From Lachnospiraceae bacterium (GTDB lineage Bacteria > Bacillota > Clostridia > Lachnospirales > Lachnospiraceae): a stretch of DNA of 64,000 bases. The position numbers were made by a program, and so were the translations under genes. The stretch covers positions 4,767 through 68,766 of the forward strand of contig SVEE01000002.1 in the NCBI GenBank assembly GCA_015057525.1. Reading direction: 5' to 3'. Below are positions 50,652 through 60,912 of the stretch, in pieces (the first letter of the stretch is position 1; each line of letters starts with the position of its first letter). Below the pieces are notes generated by a model. That model was not told the DNA's origin. It ran no database searches and saw only the letters and a program-made list of their open reading frames with translations.

Positions 50652-51200
50652 ATGAGAGTTATTGCAGGAACCGCAAGAAGTTTATTACTTAAGTCTTTAG
50701 AGGGTTTGGATACACGCCCAACTACAGACAGAATCAAGGAAACATTATTTAATATGCTTACAAGTTACACATTTGAAGCTAAGTTTTTGGATTTGTTTGC
50801 AGGAAGTGGTGGTATTGGAATAGAGGCTTTAAGTAGAGGTGCACAGCACTGTACATTTATTGAGTTAAATCCAAAGGCTGTAAATATAATAAAGGATAAT
50901 CTTGTTCATACAAAACTAATGGACAGGGCTGATGTGTTAAAATACGATGCAGTTAGCTATGTTAATGGTTTAAAGGAAATCGATTATGATGTTATATTTA
51001 TGGATCCTCCATATGGTAAGGAATTAGAAAAGAACGTATTGACAATTCTTTCTGATAAAACTTTTACTACTGATACATTGATTGTAGTTGAAGCTGCACT
51101 AGATGAAGACTTTGATTATGTTCAGGATTTAGGCTTCGATATTATTAAAGAGAAAAAATACAAGACAAATAAACATATATTTATGGAGAAAAGAGAGTAA
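50652..51200 (+). CDS. rsmD: 16S rRNA m2G966 methyltransferase
   Basis: MRVIAG.AR...L, TRPTTDRIKETLFN, LDLFAGSGGIGIEALSRGA, FMDPPY. Confidence 0.95.
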   Translation: MRVIAGTARSLLLKSLEGLDTRPTTDRIKETLFNMLTSYTFEAKFLDLFAGSGGIGIEALSRGAQHCTFIELNPKAVNIIKDNLVHTKLMDRADVLKYDAVSYVNGLKEIDYDVIFMDPPYGKELEKNVLTILSDKTFTTDTLIVVEAALDEDFDYVQDLGFDIIKEKKYKTNKHIFMEKRE

Positions 51201-51203
51201 GAT

Positions 51204-51680
51204 ATGAGTGTTGCTGTATATCCAGGAAGTTTTGACCCGGTAACCCTTGGTCATTACGATATCATTAAAAGATCGGCTAAAATGTTTGACCATGTAATCA
51301 TAGGAGTTTTGAATAATACTTCAAAAACACCATTGTTTTCTTTGGAAGAACGTGTTAATATGTTGAAGGATACAGTTTCAGACTTAGATAATGTTTCAGT
51401 AGAATCATTTAATGGTCTGTTGGTTGATTTTGTACGACAAAAGAATACAAACATTATAATTAGGGGTTTGAGAGCTTTAACAGATTTTGATTTAGAGATG
51501 CAGATGGCGCAGAGCAATCGTATGGTAGCACCTGATGTAGATACTGTATTTCTTTCTACTAGCTTGGAATATTCATATTTAAGCTCAAGTGTTGTTAAGG
51601 AATATGCCAGATATGATGTTGATTTAAATGAATTTGTACCTAAGTGTGTAGTTTCTAAACTTTTAGATAAGATGAAATAA
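51204..51680 (+). CDS. coaD: Phosphopantetheine adenylyltransferase
   Basis: [37 protein letters not shown]. Confidence 0.97.
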   Translation: MSVAVYPGSFDPVTLGHYDIIKRSAKMFDHVIIGVLNNTSKTPLFSLEERVNMLKDTVSDLDNVSVESFNGLLVDFVRQKNTNIIIRGLRALTDFDLEMQMAQSNRMVAPDVDTVFLSTSLEYSYLSSSVVKEYARYDVDLNEFVPKCVVSKLLDKMK

Positions 51681-51699
51681 CCATGGGAGGAAATATAAA

Positions 51700-52428
51700 A
51701 TGGGAAAAAAAGGCGTAGAAGAGATGATTGATCAGATAGAGATATTTATTGATAACTGTAAGTATCAGCCTCTATCTCAGAATAAGATAATTGTTCATAA
51801 GGATGAACTTGAGTCTATGATCCACGAGTTAAAGCTTAAGCTTCCAAGTGAGATTGAGAGATGCAAAAAGATTATGCGTAACAAAGAAGCTATTCTTGCA
51901 GATGCAAGAACACGTTCTGACGCAATAATCACAGAATCTGTTAACGAAGCTAATCGTTTGGTAGATCAGCATCAGATTACAGAGCTTGCAAATATTAGAG
52001 CTAATGAAATTCTTGAGATGGCAAGAAATCAGGCACAGCAGATTGTTGATCAGGCATCTGAGGAAGCAACAGAAATTCGTCTCGGCGCTATGTACTATAC
52101 AAAGGATAAGCTTGCAGAAATGAGAGATATCTTTAATAGAATACATGATATTGAGAAGGAGAACTATAGAACTCTCATCGAATCACTTGAGAACGATTCG
52201 TACATTGTCGAAACTAATATGAGTGAGATGGAAGCTAATATTAATCTTCTTACAGCATCAAGTAAGATGTCTTATGCGTCAGAGGAGGATGCTCTTGACA
52301 GCGCATTTTCAGCACCTGATGCACCTGCAGCAGCTATGGCATCTAATGATTCTGTGTTTGATGACCCAGATGAAGAAGAGTATGAAGATGAGGATGATTT
52401 TGAGGATGACGACTTTTTAGACGAATAA
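51700..52428 (+). CDS. Conserved coiled-coil protein of the clostridial coaD locus (often labelled ATPase/ATP synthase b-like) with acidic tail
   Basis: IE..IDNCK..PLS.NKIIV.KDEL, LPSEI, helical A-rich repeats, GA..Y; ends DDPDEEEYEDEDDFEDDDFLDE. Confidence 0.75.
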   Translation: MGKKGVEEMIDQIEIFIDNCKYQPLSQNKIIVHKDELESMIHELKLKLPSEIERCKKIMRNKEAILADARTRSDAIITESVNEANRLVDQHQITELANIRANEILEMARNQAQQIVDQASEEATEIRLGAMYYTKDKLAEMRDIFNRIHDIEKENYRTLIESLENDSYIVETNMSEMEANINLLTASSKMSYASEEDALDSAFSAPDAPAAAMASNDSVFDDPDEEEYEDEDDFEDDDFLDE

Positions 52429-53337
52429 TATAGTAAGATAAAAAGTTGTAACTGAGCAAATTATTTTAAAAACAGTATAATATATTAAAGAAAGTCCTGG
52501 CTTTTTTATGACTTTGTTGGTTTGTAATATGGCAGATATGCCTCCAAATGAAGTTATAGCAAGTATAAGGGCTTTTTTTATATCACTTTCAAATATGATT
52601 GAACCTGAAATCTGAGATAATCCTCTGGTTATTTCTGTGATTCCTGTAATAAGTGGAATCATATATGTAGGAATAAAATTAAGAGAATTAATAAATTCTA
52701 TTAAAATTGAACAAATCATTATGTAGACACCTACATAAGTGATTTGCGTAATACCAGTCATAATTAAATCGCTATCCTCTTTTTTTTGGTTGGATGTTGA
52801 TTGTATTTTTGATAAGTGTTCTGTATAATTTATGCTTTTTTTACTTGATATATTTGATGTTTTTGTGATTATACATCTTAATATTATTAATATTGTCAGA
52901 AAGAATATGTATGGTGTGTAGATGAGTAGAATTGTTTTATAAAATGAAATAGAGTCTTTTAAAATAATATGAATTACATAGCCTGATATAAACATGGGGC
53001 TACAATTATTGCAAATTGGAAGGATAATGTTTCCTGTTGCTTTTGAAAATATCCCTGCTTTAACGTAATCAGAGGTGGTTTTAGCACCTAGGGGATAACC
53101 GCACAGTAAACCTAATAGAAAAGTTGATATAAGTGCATACAGTGATTTTGTTGAATGAGGAACAGATATGGAATTGACTTTTTTGACAATGATGTTAGAA
53201 ACCAACATGAATGGAAGAAGGATTGGCAATACATTTGTGTACCACAGCATAAGTCCTTTTGATGCACCAGATATTACTAAGGGACTATTGTATACCAAGC
53301 CAAGGAGTATGATTATGAATGCAAATAATGAAATCAT
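52417..53337 (-). CDS. YlbJ-like sporulation integral membrane protein
   Basis: GL.LWYTNVLP.LLPFM, GLLCGYPLGAK, NNCSPMFI.G, GITEIT.G, SFGG..AILQ; ylbJ syntenic position. Confidence 0.78.
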   Translation of the reverse strand: MISLFAFIIILLGLVYNSPLVISGASKGLMLWYTNVLPILLPFMLVSNIIVKKVNSISVPHSTKSLYALISTFLLGLLCGYPLGAKTTSDYVKAGIFSKATGNIILPICNNCSPMFISGYVIHIILKDSISFYKTILLIYTPYIFFLTILIILRCIITKTSNISSKKSINYTEHLSKIQSTSNQKKEDSDLIMTGITQITYVGVYIMICSILIEFINSLNFIPTYMIPLITGITEITRGLSQISGSIIFESDIKKALILAITSFGGISAILQTNKVIKKPGLSLIYYTVFKIICSVTTFYLTILFV

Positions 53338-53425
53338 AAATACTCCGTACAGATAGCTTTGTATATTATATTAAATAAATAATAGATTTATGATATTAAA
53401 TTGTAGAAACATATTATTATGAATA

Positions 53426-54691
53426 TCATAAAATAGGCAATTTTTGTGTGTAGTCGTTAGGAGTTTTAGTGTGGTAGCTGTTATAAATAAGGCAGTTATA
53501 AAGCTTAGTTGCATCTGTGTCTAGCTGCCACATTCTTTTTGCATTATCTGTATTTATGTCAGAAAATGAACATATAACGTCATTAAAGTCAGCCTTCTTA
53601 GTGATAAGTGGAATAGAAGAAGACTCGTGTATTGACTTGATTAGGGTTGAACTGTCTTTTTTAAAACATAGTATATTAGCATAATATGCATAGTTATCCT
53701 GAATAAAACAGCGTCTGTCATCTTCGGTATAATCTAGTAGAAGATGAATAAGGCATCTTGATATTCTAGAATGAGTTATATTTTTTGTTTTGACAGAGTT
53801 AATTATCTCATTGTATGTTGCAGATAAATCTGTGTTTAAAAGTTTGTTTGAAAGTTCAGGAGTCATATCGCATATATGAGACAGATTCCTTGTTGTTAAC
53901 AGTTTGCTCTGAAGAAATGGTGTGAGGGCATCCGTAAACACTGGTGAAGTTTTATTGTATGTTGACTTTATAATACTAAAAACCTGTGGCAAGACACTGT
54001 CGGAAATATCAGATAAGATGTCTTTGGTTGCAAGTTCTGGAGTGTAATTTTGTAAAAAGTTACGAATGGAAGTTGCGGAAGAAATTCCTTTGCGGAGAGT
54101 ATCTTCATGATATCCGGCTGTTTTTCTTTCTACTAAAAGAGGTTTAATAGTAGAATTAATTTTCTTTAATGCACAAATGTATTCAATTGCCAAAATATTG
54201 TTTGGCAGTGATAATATATCAGAATATTTTGAATTATGCGTATAATCATAGATTGCTTTTTCACGGGCAGATGGATATGATACACCTGATGATATATAAT
54301 CTGTCAGTCGATTCTTGTATAAATCCGGTTCGTCTAAAATAATAGAAGCAACTTGTTCCAGTAAAGTTATGTCTGAGGTTTCAGCACCAAAGCAGAGATA
54401 GTCCACGGAATTAAGTCTATCAATTATATTAATCGCACCAGTTGAAAAATCCATAGCACTACCTGTTGCATATGGAAAAGGTAATTCTATGGCAAGGTCA
54501 ATGCCAGAAGAAACACACATACTTCCTCGTGTGTATTTGTCCCACATTGCAGCTTGACCACGTTGCAAAAAATTACCTCCCATAAGGGCGATAGAATAGT
54601 TGGCACCTGATAATTCTAAAGCATTCTTAAGATGGTACTCGTGTCCAATATGAAATGGATTATATTCAGCTATTATAGCAACTGTCTTCAT
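53426..54691 (-). CDS. tmcAL: tRNA(Met) cytidine acetate ligase (YlbM/HIGH nucleotidyltransferase)
   Basis: IIAEYNPFHIGH, MGGNFLQRG, ELPF.YA.GSA..F..GA, PNNILAIEY, SATSIR, T.SRISR.L. Confidence 0.9.
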   Translation of the reverse strand: MKTVAIIAEYNPFHIGHEYHLKNALELSGANYSIALMGGNFLQRGQAAMWDKYTRGSMCVSSGIDLAIELPFPYATGSAMDFSTGAINIIDRLNSVDYLCFGAETSDITLLEQVASIILDEPDLYKNRLTDYISSGVSYPSAREKAIYDYTHNSKYSDILSLPNNILAIEYICALKKINSTIKPLLVERKTAGYHEDTLRKGISSATSIRNFLQNYTPELATKDILSDISDSVLPQVFSIIKSTYNKTSPVFTDALTPFLQSKLLTTRNLSHICDMTPELSNKLLNTDLSATYNEIINSVKTKNITHSRISRCLIHLLLDYTEDDRRCFIQDNYAYYANILCFKKDSSTLIKSIHESSSIPLITKKADFNDVICSFSDINTDNAKRMWQLDTDATKLYNCLIYNSYHTKTPNDYTQKLPIL

Positions 54692-54864
54692 AAAAAACCT
54701 CTCTAATTACACATATGTGTATATCATACCCCAGTAATACAATCATATCAAGTTCAAAAAATATACATTTGTATACAAAATGTATACAAAATCTAAAGTG
54801 AACTGTCTTTACAAAAGCTTTGTTAGTGATATAAAATTATTTAAGCATACTATCAAATAAAAAT

Positions 54865-54878
54865 CGAACATAAATTCG
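54865..54878. promoter_or_regulatory. LexA/DinR SOS box upstream of recA
   Basis: CGAAC-ATAA-ATTCG, one mismatch to the Firmicutes GAAC-N4-GTTC core, immediately upstream of the -35. Confidence 0.75.
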
Positions 54879-54887
54879 AAAAAACTA

Positions 54888-54916
54888 TTGACAACATGTT
54901 AAACATGTATTATATT
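54888..54916 (+). promoter_or_regulatory. sigma-A promoter of recA
   Basis: TTGACA-17-TATATT. Confidence 0.8.
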
Positions 54917-54927
54917 AATAAAAAAGC

Positions 54928-54939
54928 AAACATATGTTT
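54928..54939. promoter_or_regulatory. Second, variant SOS box
   Basis: AAAC-ATAT-GTTT palindrome between the -10 and the RBS. Confidence 0.5.
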
Positions 54940-54955
54940 TATTTAGGAGGATGTT

Positions 54956-55966
54956 ATGGCGAACGAAGATAAGATTAAAGCGTTAGATGCCGCATTGGCA
55001 CAGATAGAGAAACAGTATGGTAAGGGTTCAGTTATGAAGCTTGGCGATAAGTCAGCTAATATGAATATAGAGGTTGTTCCTACAGGTTCATTGAGTCTTG
55101 ATCTTGCTCTTGGTCTTGGTGGAATGCCAAGAGGAAGAATTATTGAGGTTTACGGTCCAGAGTCAAGTGGTAAGACTACAGTTGCTCTTCACGTTGTTGC
55201 AGAGATACAGAAACAGGGAGGTATAGCAGGATTTATTGATGCAGAGCATGCTCTTGATCCTGTTTATGCAGCTAATATTGGTGTTGATATAGATAACTTA
55301 TATATTTCACAGCCAGATAACGGAGAACAGGCATTAGAGATAACTGAGACTATGGTTAGATCTGGTGCAGTAGATGTAATTATTGTTGACTCTGTAGCTG
55401 CTCTTGTTCCTAAGGCAGAAATAGATGGAGAGATGGGTGACTCTCATGTGGGACTTCATGCCAGACTTATGTCTCAGGCTTTAAGAAAGCTTACAGGTAT
55501 AATCAGTAAGTCTAATTGTGTTGTTATTTTTATCAATCAGCTTAGAGAGAAGGTTGGTGTTATGTTTGGTAACCCTGAGACAACTACAGGAGGTCGCGCA
55601 CTTAAGTTCTATGCTTCTGTAAGATTAGATGTAAGAAGAATAGAGACTCTTAAGGTTGGCGGAGAGGTAGTTGGTAACAGAACAAGAGTTAAGGTTGTTA
55701 AGAATAAAGTTGCACCTCCTTTTAAGGAAGCTGAGTTTGATATTATGTTTGGCAAGGGTATTTCAAGAGAAGGAGATATACTTGATTTAGCTGTATTACA
55801 TGATGTAGTTGTTAAGGCTGGAGCATGGTATTCATACAATGGCGAGAAAATTGGTCAGGGTAGAGAAAATACAAAACTTTATATGCTTAACAATCCTGAA
55901 TTTATGGCTGAAGTTGAACACAAGGTTAGAGTTAAGTGTGGTATGTTAGAGGAAGAAGCAGAATAA
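54956..55966 (+). CDS. recA: Recombinase RecA
   Basis: [68 protein letters not shown]. Confidence 0.99.
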   Translation: MANEDKIKALDAALAQIEKQYGKGSVMKLGDKSANMNIEVVPTGSLSLDLALGLGGMPRGRIIEVYGPESSGKTTVALHVVAEIQKQGGIAGFIDAEHALDPVYAANIGVDIDNLYISQPDNGEQALEITETMVRSGAVDVIIVDSVAALVPKAEIDGEMGDSHVGLHARLMSQALRKLTGIISKSNCVVIFINQLREKVGVMFGNPETTTGGRALKFYASVRLDVRRIETLKVGGEVVGNRTRVKVVKNKVAPPFKEAEFDIMFGKGISREGDILDLAVLHDVVVKAGAWYSYNGEKIGQGRENTKLYMLNNPEFMAEVEHKVRVKCGMLEEEAE

Positions 55967-55967
55967 T

Positions 55968-56435
55968 ATGAATAAGTCAAAAGCTACCTATAGTGCTTTT
56001 GATACAGCAGCTTATTATATTACATATAAGGACAGAACCGAAAAAGAAGTATATGATAAGTTGAGAGAAAAGGGATATAGTTCTCAAGATATAGAAGAAT
56101 CCATTCAGAAACTTAAGATGTATGGATATCTTAGTGATGAGAATTATACCCTTTCTTATATTAAAAGCAATATAAATAAAAAAGGTGTAAGGCGTATATC
56201 TATGGAACTTGCTCAAAAGGGTATACATAGAGATATAATATCAGGACAGCTAGATGAGATTACTGTAGATGAAGTTGGCACCATAGAAGAAATTTTGTAT
56301 AAAAGATATAGAAATATTGATTTCTCAGATGAAACTCAAAAAAGACGTGCCTATGGATACTTTATGAGACGTGGTTTTAAGCAGGATTCTATATCTAAGG
56401 CTATTACAAATTATAAAAAAAATAATGAATTATGA
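55968..56435 (+). CDS. recX: Regulatory protein RecX
   Basis: DRTEKEV..KL..KGY, L...GYLSD..Y, KG..RI..EL..KGI, YFMRRGF; immediately after recA. Confidence 0.88.
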   Translation: MNKSKATYSAFDTAAYYITYKDRTEKEVYDKLREKGYSSQDIEESIQKLKMYGYLSDENYTLSYIKSNINKKGVRRISMELAQKGIHRDIISGQLDEITVDEVGTIEEILYKRYRNIDFSDETQKRRAYGYFMRRGFKQDSISKAITNYKKNNEL

Positions 56436-56478
56436 TTTGATTTATGTTACAAATTGCATAAAAATATTCATTATTTTC

Positions 56479-56507
56479 TTGACACTTATATAAAAAAAGT
56501 ATAATAT
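56479..56507 (+). promoter_or_regulatory. sigma-A promoter of rny
   Basis: TTGACA followed by overlapping TATAAT (15-nt spacer) and TAATAT (17-nt spacer). Confidence 0.6.
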
Positions 56508-56559
56508 TTAACTGTTGTTTTTTTTATTCAACGAAAACTTAATAAGGAGGTGCTCCTGA

Positions 56560-58110
56560 GTGGAAGGTTCTATTATCGTGATCTTTGCTGTAGCCATTGT
56601 ACTCACAATAGTCATTACCTGGTTCGCTGCTGTTGCATACAGAAAGAACATAGCAGAGGCTAAGGTTGGTAAGGCTGAAGACAAGGCTAGGGAGATTATA
56701 GATGAGGCACTTAAAAGTGCAGAAGCTAAAAAGCGTGAGACACTTCTTGAAGCTAAGGAAGAAGCTCTGAAGACTAAGAACGAGATGGACAAAGAAGTCA
56801 AGGATCGTCGTAATGAGTTACAGCGTATGGAGAAAAGAGTTCTCTCTAAAGAAGAGAATCTTGAGCGCAAGAGTGAAGCTATTGAGAAGAAAGAAGCTTC
56901 CCTTGCTAAGCGTGAAGCAGAGCTTGAGGCTAGTAGAAGTGCAGTTGCTGAATTAGAAGCGAAAAGAACTCAGGAACTGGAGCGAATTTCCGGATTAACC
57001 TCTGAACAAGCAAAAGAATACTTAATAAAGACTGTTGAAGACGATGTTAAACACGAAATTGCAGTCATGATCAAAGAATTAGAAACACGAGCAAAAGAAG
57101 AAGCTGACAAAAAGGCAAAGGATTATGTTGTTACAGCAATACAGAAGTGTGCTGCTGACCATGTGTCAGAGACAACAATTTCTTTAGTACAATTACCAAA
57201 TGATGAGATGAAGGGTAGAATAATAGGTAGAGAGGGAAGAAATATCAGAACTCTTGAAACTATGACTGGTGTTGACCTTATTATTGATGATACACCAGAA
57301 GCTGTTATTCTTTCAAGTTTTGATCCTGTCAGAAGAGAGGTAGCGCGAATTGCCCTCGAGAAGCTGATAGTAGATGGTAGAATTCATCCAGCAAGAATCG
57401 AAGAAATGGTTGAAAAAGCCCAGAAGGAAGTTGAGACTATGATGCGCGAAGAGGGTGAAAATGCAACTCTCGAAGTTGGTGTTCATGGTATACATCCTGA
57501 ACTTGTTCGATTACTTGGTAAGATGAAGTTTAGAACAAGCTATGGACAGAATGCACTTAAGCATTCTATTGAAGTAGCACAGTTATCTGGCTTATTAGCT
57601 GGAGAGATAGGTGTCGATGTTCGTTTGGCAAAACGTGCAGGTCTTTTGCACGATATAGGTAAATCTATTGATCATGAGATGGAAGGTTCTCATGTAACTA
57701 TTGGTGTTGATTTATGTAGAAAATATAAAGAATCTGCTACTGTTATTAATGCAGTAGAAGCGCATCATGGTGATGTTGAGCCTCAGAGTTTAATTGCTTG
57801 CATTGTACAGGCTGCTGATACTATTTCGGCTGCACGTCCTGGTGCAAGAAGAGAGACGTTGGAAACATACACTACTCGTCTTAAGGCGTTAGAGGATATT
57901 GCTAATAACTTTAAGGGTGTAGAGAAGACTTTTGCTATTCAGGCTGGTAGAGAAATTCGTGTCATGGTAGTTCCAGAGCAGGTGAATGATGCCGAGATGG
58001 TATTACTCGCTAGAGACATTTCTAAGCAGATTGAAGCAGAGCTGGAGTATCCTGGTCAGATAAAGGTTAACTTGATTAGGGAATCCAGAGTTACAGATTT
58101 TGCAAAATAG
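56560..58110 (+). CDS. rny: Ribonuclease Y
   Basis: GTG after AAGGAGG; N-terminal TM and coiled coil; KH motif [14 protein letters not shown]; HD motif AGLLHDIGK; [12 protein letters not shown]. Confidence 0.97.
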   Translation: MEGSIIVIFAVAIVLTIVITWFAAVAYRKNIAEAKVGKAEDKAREIIDEALKSAEAKKRETLLEAKEEALKTKNEMDKEVKDRRNELQRMEKRVLSKEENLERKSEAIEKKEASLAKREAELEASRSAVAELEAKRTQELERISGLTSEQAKEYLIKTVEDDVKHEIAVMIKELETRAKEEADKKAKDYVVTAIQKCAADHVSETTISLVQLPNDEMKGRIIGREGRNIRTLETMTGVDLIIDDTPEAVILSSFDPVRREVARIALEKLIVDGRIHPARIEEMVEKAQKEVETMMREEGENATLEVGVHGIHPELVRLLGKMKFRTSYGQNALKHSIEVAQLSGLLAGEIGVDVRLAKRAGLLHDIGKSIDHEMEGSHVTIGVDLCRKYKESATVINAVEAHHGDVEPQSLIACIVQAADTISAARPGARRETLETYTTRLKALEDIANNFKGVEKTFAIQAGREIRVMVVPEQVNDAEMVLLARDISKQIEAELEYPGQIKVNLIRESRVTDFAK

Positions 58111-58121
58111 TTAAAATCTAT

Positions 58122-58150
58122 GGGTGTGAACAAAGTTCACACCCTTTTTT
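58122..58150 (+). terminator. Rho-independent terminator
   Basis: GGGTGTGAAC-AAA-GTTCACACCC-T6. Confidence 0.92.
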
Positions 58151-58365
58151 GTTGAAAAAAGGTTCTCACTTGTTTTTTTATAGTTATTTTGCTAGTTTGC
58201 TTGATTATTTTTGCTGAAAATTGTATTTAATTAATAAAAAAAATATATTCCCTTGAAATATGTCCGTTTATATATTATATTAGTAAAGAATTTTGAAATT
58301 ATTTAAAGTTAAATTTGATTTATCAATATTTAACAGTTAAGAATTATAAATTAAGGAGAATAATT

Positions 58366-59565
58366 ATGTCGTTAAGTTTATCAAAAAAGGCACAGGCAGT
58401 AAAACCATCATCAACTTTAGCAATTACTGCTAAGGCAAAGGAATTAAGAGCGCAAGGGATTGATGTAGTAGGTTTTGTTGCAGGCGAACCAGATTTTAAT
58501 ACTCCTGAGAATATTAGAAAGGCCGCTATTGATGCTTTGGAAGATGGATTTACAAAATACACACCAGTTCCAGGTATTATGGAACTTAGACAGGCTATTT
58601 CGGATAAGTTTGCTAGTTTTAATGGTCTCACATATAAGCCTGAACAGATTGTTGTAAGTAATGGTGGTAAACATTCTCTTACTAATGCGATTATTGCAAT
58701 AACTAATCCTGGGGATGAATTCATTATCCCTGCGCCATATTGGCTTAGCTATCCAGAGATGGTGAAGTTGGCGGATGGTGTGCCAGTAGCTGTAAATACT
58801 AAAAAAGAGAATGGTTACAAGGTTACAGTTGAAGAGCTTGAGTCTGTATACACTGACAAAACAAAAGCTATTATTTTAAATACGCCATGTAATCCAACAG
58901 GTAGCATATATACAGAGAATGAGCTTCGCGCAATTGCTGATTTTGTTGTTGAGAAGGATATATATATTATCTCGGATGAAATGTATGAATATCTTGTTTA
59001 TGGCAATGAAAAGCACGTGAGCATCGCAAGCTTTAATGATGAAATATATAAGAGAACAATTACATGTAGTGGTCTTTCTAAGAGCTATGCAATGACTGGA
59101 TGGAGAATCGGTTATGTAGGAGCGCCTATTGAGATTGCTAAGCTTATGAGTAGTGTTCAAAGTCATCAAGCATCAAATCCTAACTCTATTGCTCAAAAGG
59201 CAGCTCTTGAGGCAATGAGTGGACCACAGGATGAACTTAAGAAGATGGTAGAGGAGTTTGAGAAGAGAAGTAAGTTCTTATATGATGAGATCTGTAAACT
59301 TCCATATATTGACTGTATTGCTCCTCAGGGTGCATTTTATGCATTTGTTGATTGTACTAACCTTATTGGCAAATCATATAAGGGAGAAGAGATTAAGAAT
59401 GCTGCTGATATTGGAAGAATGCTTATTGAAGACTTAAATGTTGCAGTTATTCCATGTGATGACTTTGGTATCGAGAATCACATCAGACTTTCATATGCCA
59501 TATCTATGGAGCAAATCAAAACAGGTGTGGAGAGAATTGGCAAATTCTTGAATGAATTAGTATAA
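58366..59565 (+). CDS. aspC: PLP-dependent class I aminotransferase (aspartate aminotransferase-like)
   Basis: PSSTLAITAKAKEL, AGEPDFNTP, NTPCNPTG, ISDEMYE, SGLSKSYAMTGWRIGY; ATG 58366 follows AAGGAG. Confidence 0.9.
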   Translation: MSLSLSKKAQAVKPSSTLAITAKAKELRAQGIDVVGFVAGEPDFNTPENIRKAAIDALEDGFTKYTPVPGIMELRQAISDKFASFNGLTYKPEQIVVSNGGKHSLTNAIIAITNPGDEFIIPAPYWLSYPEMVKLADGVPVAVNTKKENGYKVTVEELESVYTDKTKAIILNTPCNPTGSIYTENELRAIADFVVEKDIYIISDEMYEYLVYGNEKHVSIASFNDEIYKRTITCSGLSKSYAMTGWRIGYVGAPIEIAKLMSSVQSHQASNPNSIAQKAALEAMSGPQDELKKMVEEFEKRSKFLYDEICKLPYIDCIAPQGAFYAFVDCTNLIGKSYKGEEIKNAADIGRMLIEDLNVAVIPCDDFGIENHIRLSYAISMEQIKTGVERIGKFLNELV

Positions 59566-59581
59566 AATTTATGGTGATACT

Positions 59582-60142
59582 ATGTTGGAATTTATAAAGA
59601 AGAAACAAGAACTTTTATATGATTCAAAAATTGTAGCTTTATATAAAGATTATTTAGAAACTCCTAAGGGGAATATTGTAGAGTATGATTATATAAAGCA
59701 TAAGTCTGGCGGGGGTGCAGGAGTACTACTTGTGGACGAAAATGAATACACATATTTGGTTAGGCAATATAGAAATTCTTTGGATGCTGTTAATATAGAA
59801 ATTCCAGCAGGTGGTTACTCATATAATGGTGAGCCAGGTGAGCTATGTGCTATTAGGGAAGCTGAGGAGGAATCTGGTTTTATTCCAGAAGAGCTTTACC
59901 ATGTGTCTAATATAATATCCTCTGTAGGTACTTTTGATGAAAAGACAGATATATATATAGGGACCAAACTTACGCCAGGGAAAATTAAATATGACCCTGA
60001 TGAGTATATTGAATTGATACATTTGCCTGTAGATGATGCGGTTTCTATGATATATGAAGGGAAGATTATTGATAGCAAAACTATAATAGCCTTGCTTGCA
60101 TACAAAGATATGAGACAAAAAGGAATAATAAAAGAAATATAA
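59582..60142 (+). CDS. Nudix hydrolase (ADP-ribose pyrophosphatase NudF-like)
   Basis: LVRQYR, EIPAG, Nudix box ...AIREAEEESGF, I.DSKTIIAL; nudF-spoIIM-xerD synteny. Confidence 0.88.
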   Translation: MLEFIKKKQELLYDSKIVALYKDYLETPKGNIVEYDYIKHKSGGGAGVLLVDENEYTYLVRQYRNSLDAVNIEIPAGGYSYNGEPGELCAIREAEEESGFIPEELYHVSNIISSVGTFDEKTDIYIGTKLTPGKIKYDPDEYIELIHLPVDDAVSMIYEGKIIDSKTIIALLAYKDMRQKGIIKEI

Positions 60143-60192
60143 TCATAAAAAAGTAGAGAGGGATACTCTCTATTTTTTTATGGTGGTGAAAT

Positions 60193-60744
60193 ATGTCAAA
60201 TATTATGAAACTAAGAAAAAATATTTTTGCAGTATATGTTGTTACGGTAGTGGTTGCCTCTATGCTTGTGAACATACTTTTAAAATTAAATATTGACATG
60301 AATTATTTATCTATAGATATATATGAAATTATTAGTGTTCATAAGAGTAATATGTTTGATGTGTTTTTGTACCTGTTTATAGAAAGAGGTAAACAATTGA
60401 TAGTTATTTATCTTTTGTCCAAAGTAATAAATCCCAATATATTACAAAATATAATTATTGTATTGTTGATGTTTTGTCTTGGGGTGTTTTTGACAATACA
60501 AACATTTTATTATGGATTTGCCGGAATTCTAATCCTTTTAGCCAGTATTTTTCCTCAATATTTCGTATATATATTCCTTGTAAAATATTTATGTCAAAGG
60601 TTTAATGGAGAAAAATATAACAAAAATAAGTATGTCTATTACGTAAATGTAATGTTATTGTTACTTCTTGGAGTGGTGTTAGAAGAAATTTTTTTAATAT
60701 TTTTTTTAGGTGACATACAACAATATATTGTCCTTAGAATTTAA
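60193..60744 (+). CDS. Multi-pass membrane protein, probably a divergent SpoIIM
   Basis: About five hydrophobic helices, IFPQY.VY segment, E..F near the C-terminus; located between nudF and xerD as spoIIM is in other Firmicutes. Confidence 0.6.
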   Translation: MSNIMKLRKNIFAVYVVTVVVASMLVNILLKLNIDMNYLSIDIYEIISVHKSNMFDVFLYLFIERGKQLIVIYLLSKVINPNILQNIIIVLLMFCLGVFLTIQTFYYGFAGILILLASIFPQYFVYIFLVKYLCQRFNGEKYNKNKYVYYVNVMLLLLLGVVLEEIFLIFFLGDIQQYIVLRI

Positions 60745-60813
60745 TGACTTCCGATATTTTGTAGAATTAAAAAAAAACAGCTTAAAACCTTGAAAATTCA
60801 AGAAAAATTATGT

Positions 60814-60842
60814 TTGATTTTATGTAAATTAGTCATTATAAT
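60814..60842 (+). promoter_or_regulatory. sigma-A promoter upstream of xerD
   Basis: TTGATT-17-TATAAT. Confidence 0.55.
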
Positions 60843-60912
60843 AATTGTATCTGATTGCGTCGAAATGTATCGGAAAGATTACATATAGATACCAAAACAA
60901 GGGGTTTAGTTA

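Noticed and set aside
56479-56505. Phase-variable rny promoter (perfect hexamers with a 15-nt spacer containing A7)
   Set aside because: An overlapping TAATAT gives a normal 17-nt spacing, and A7 is unremarkable in this AT-rich DNA.
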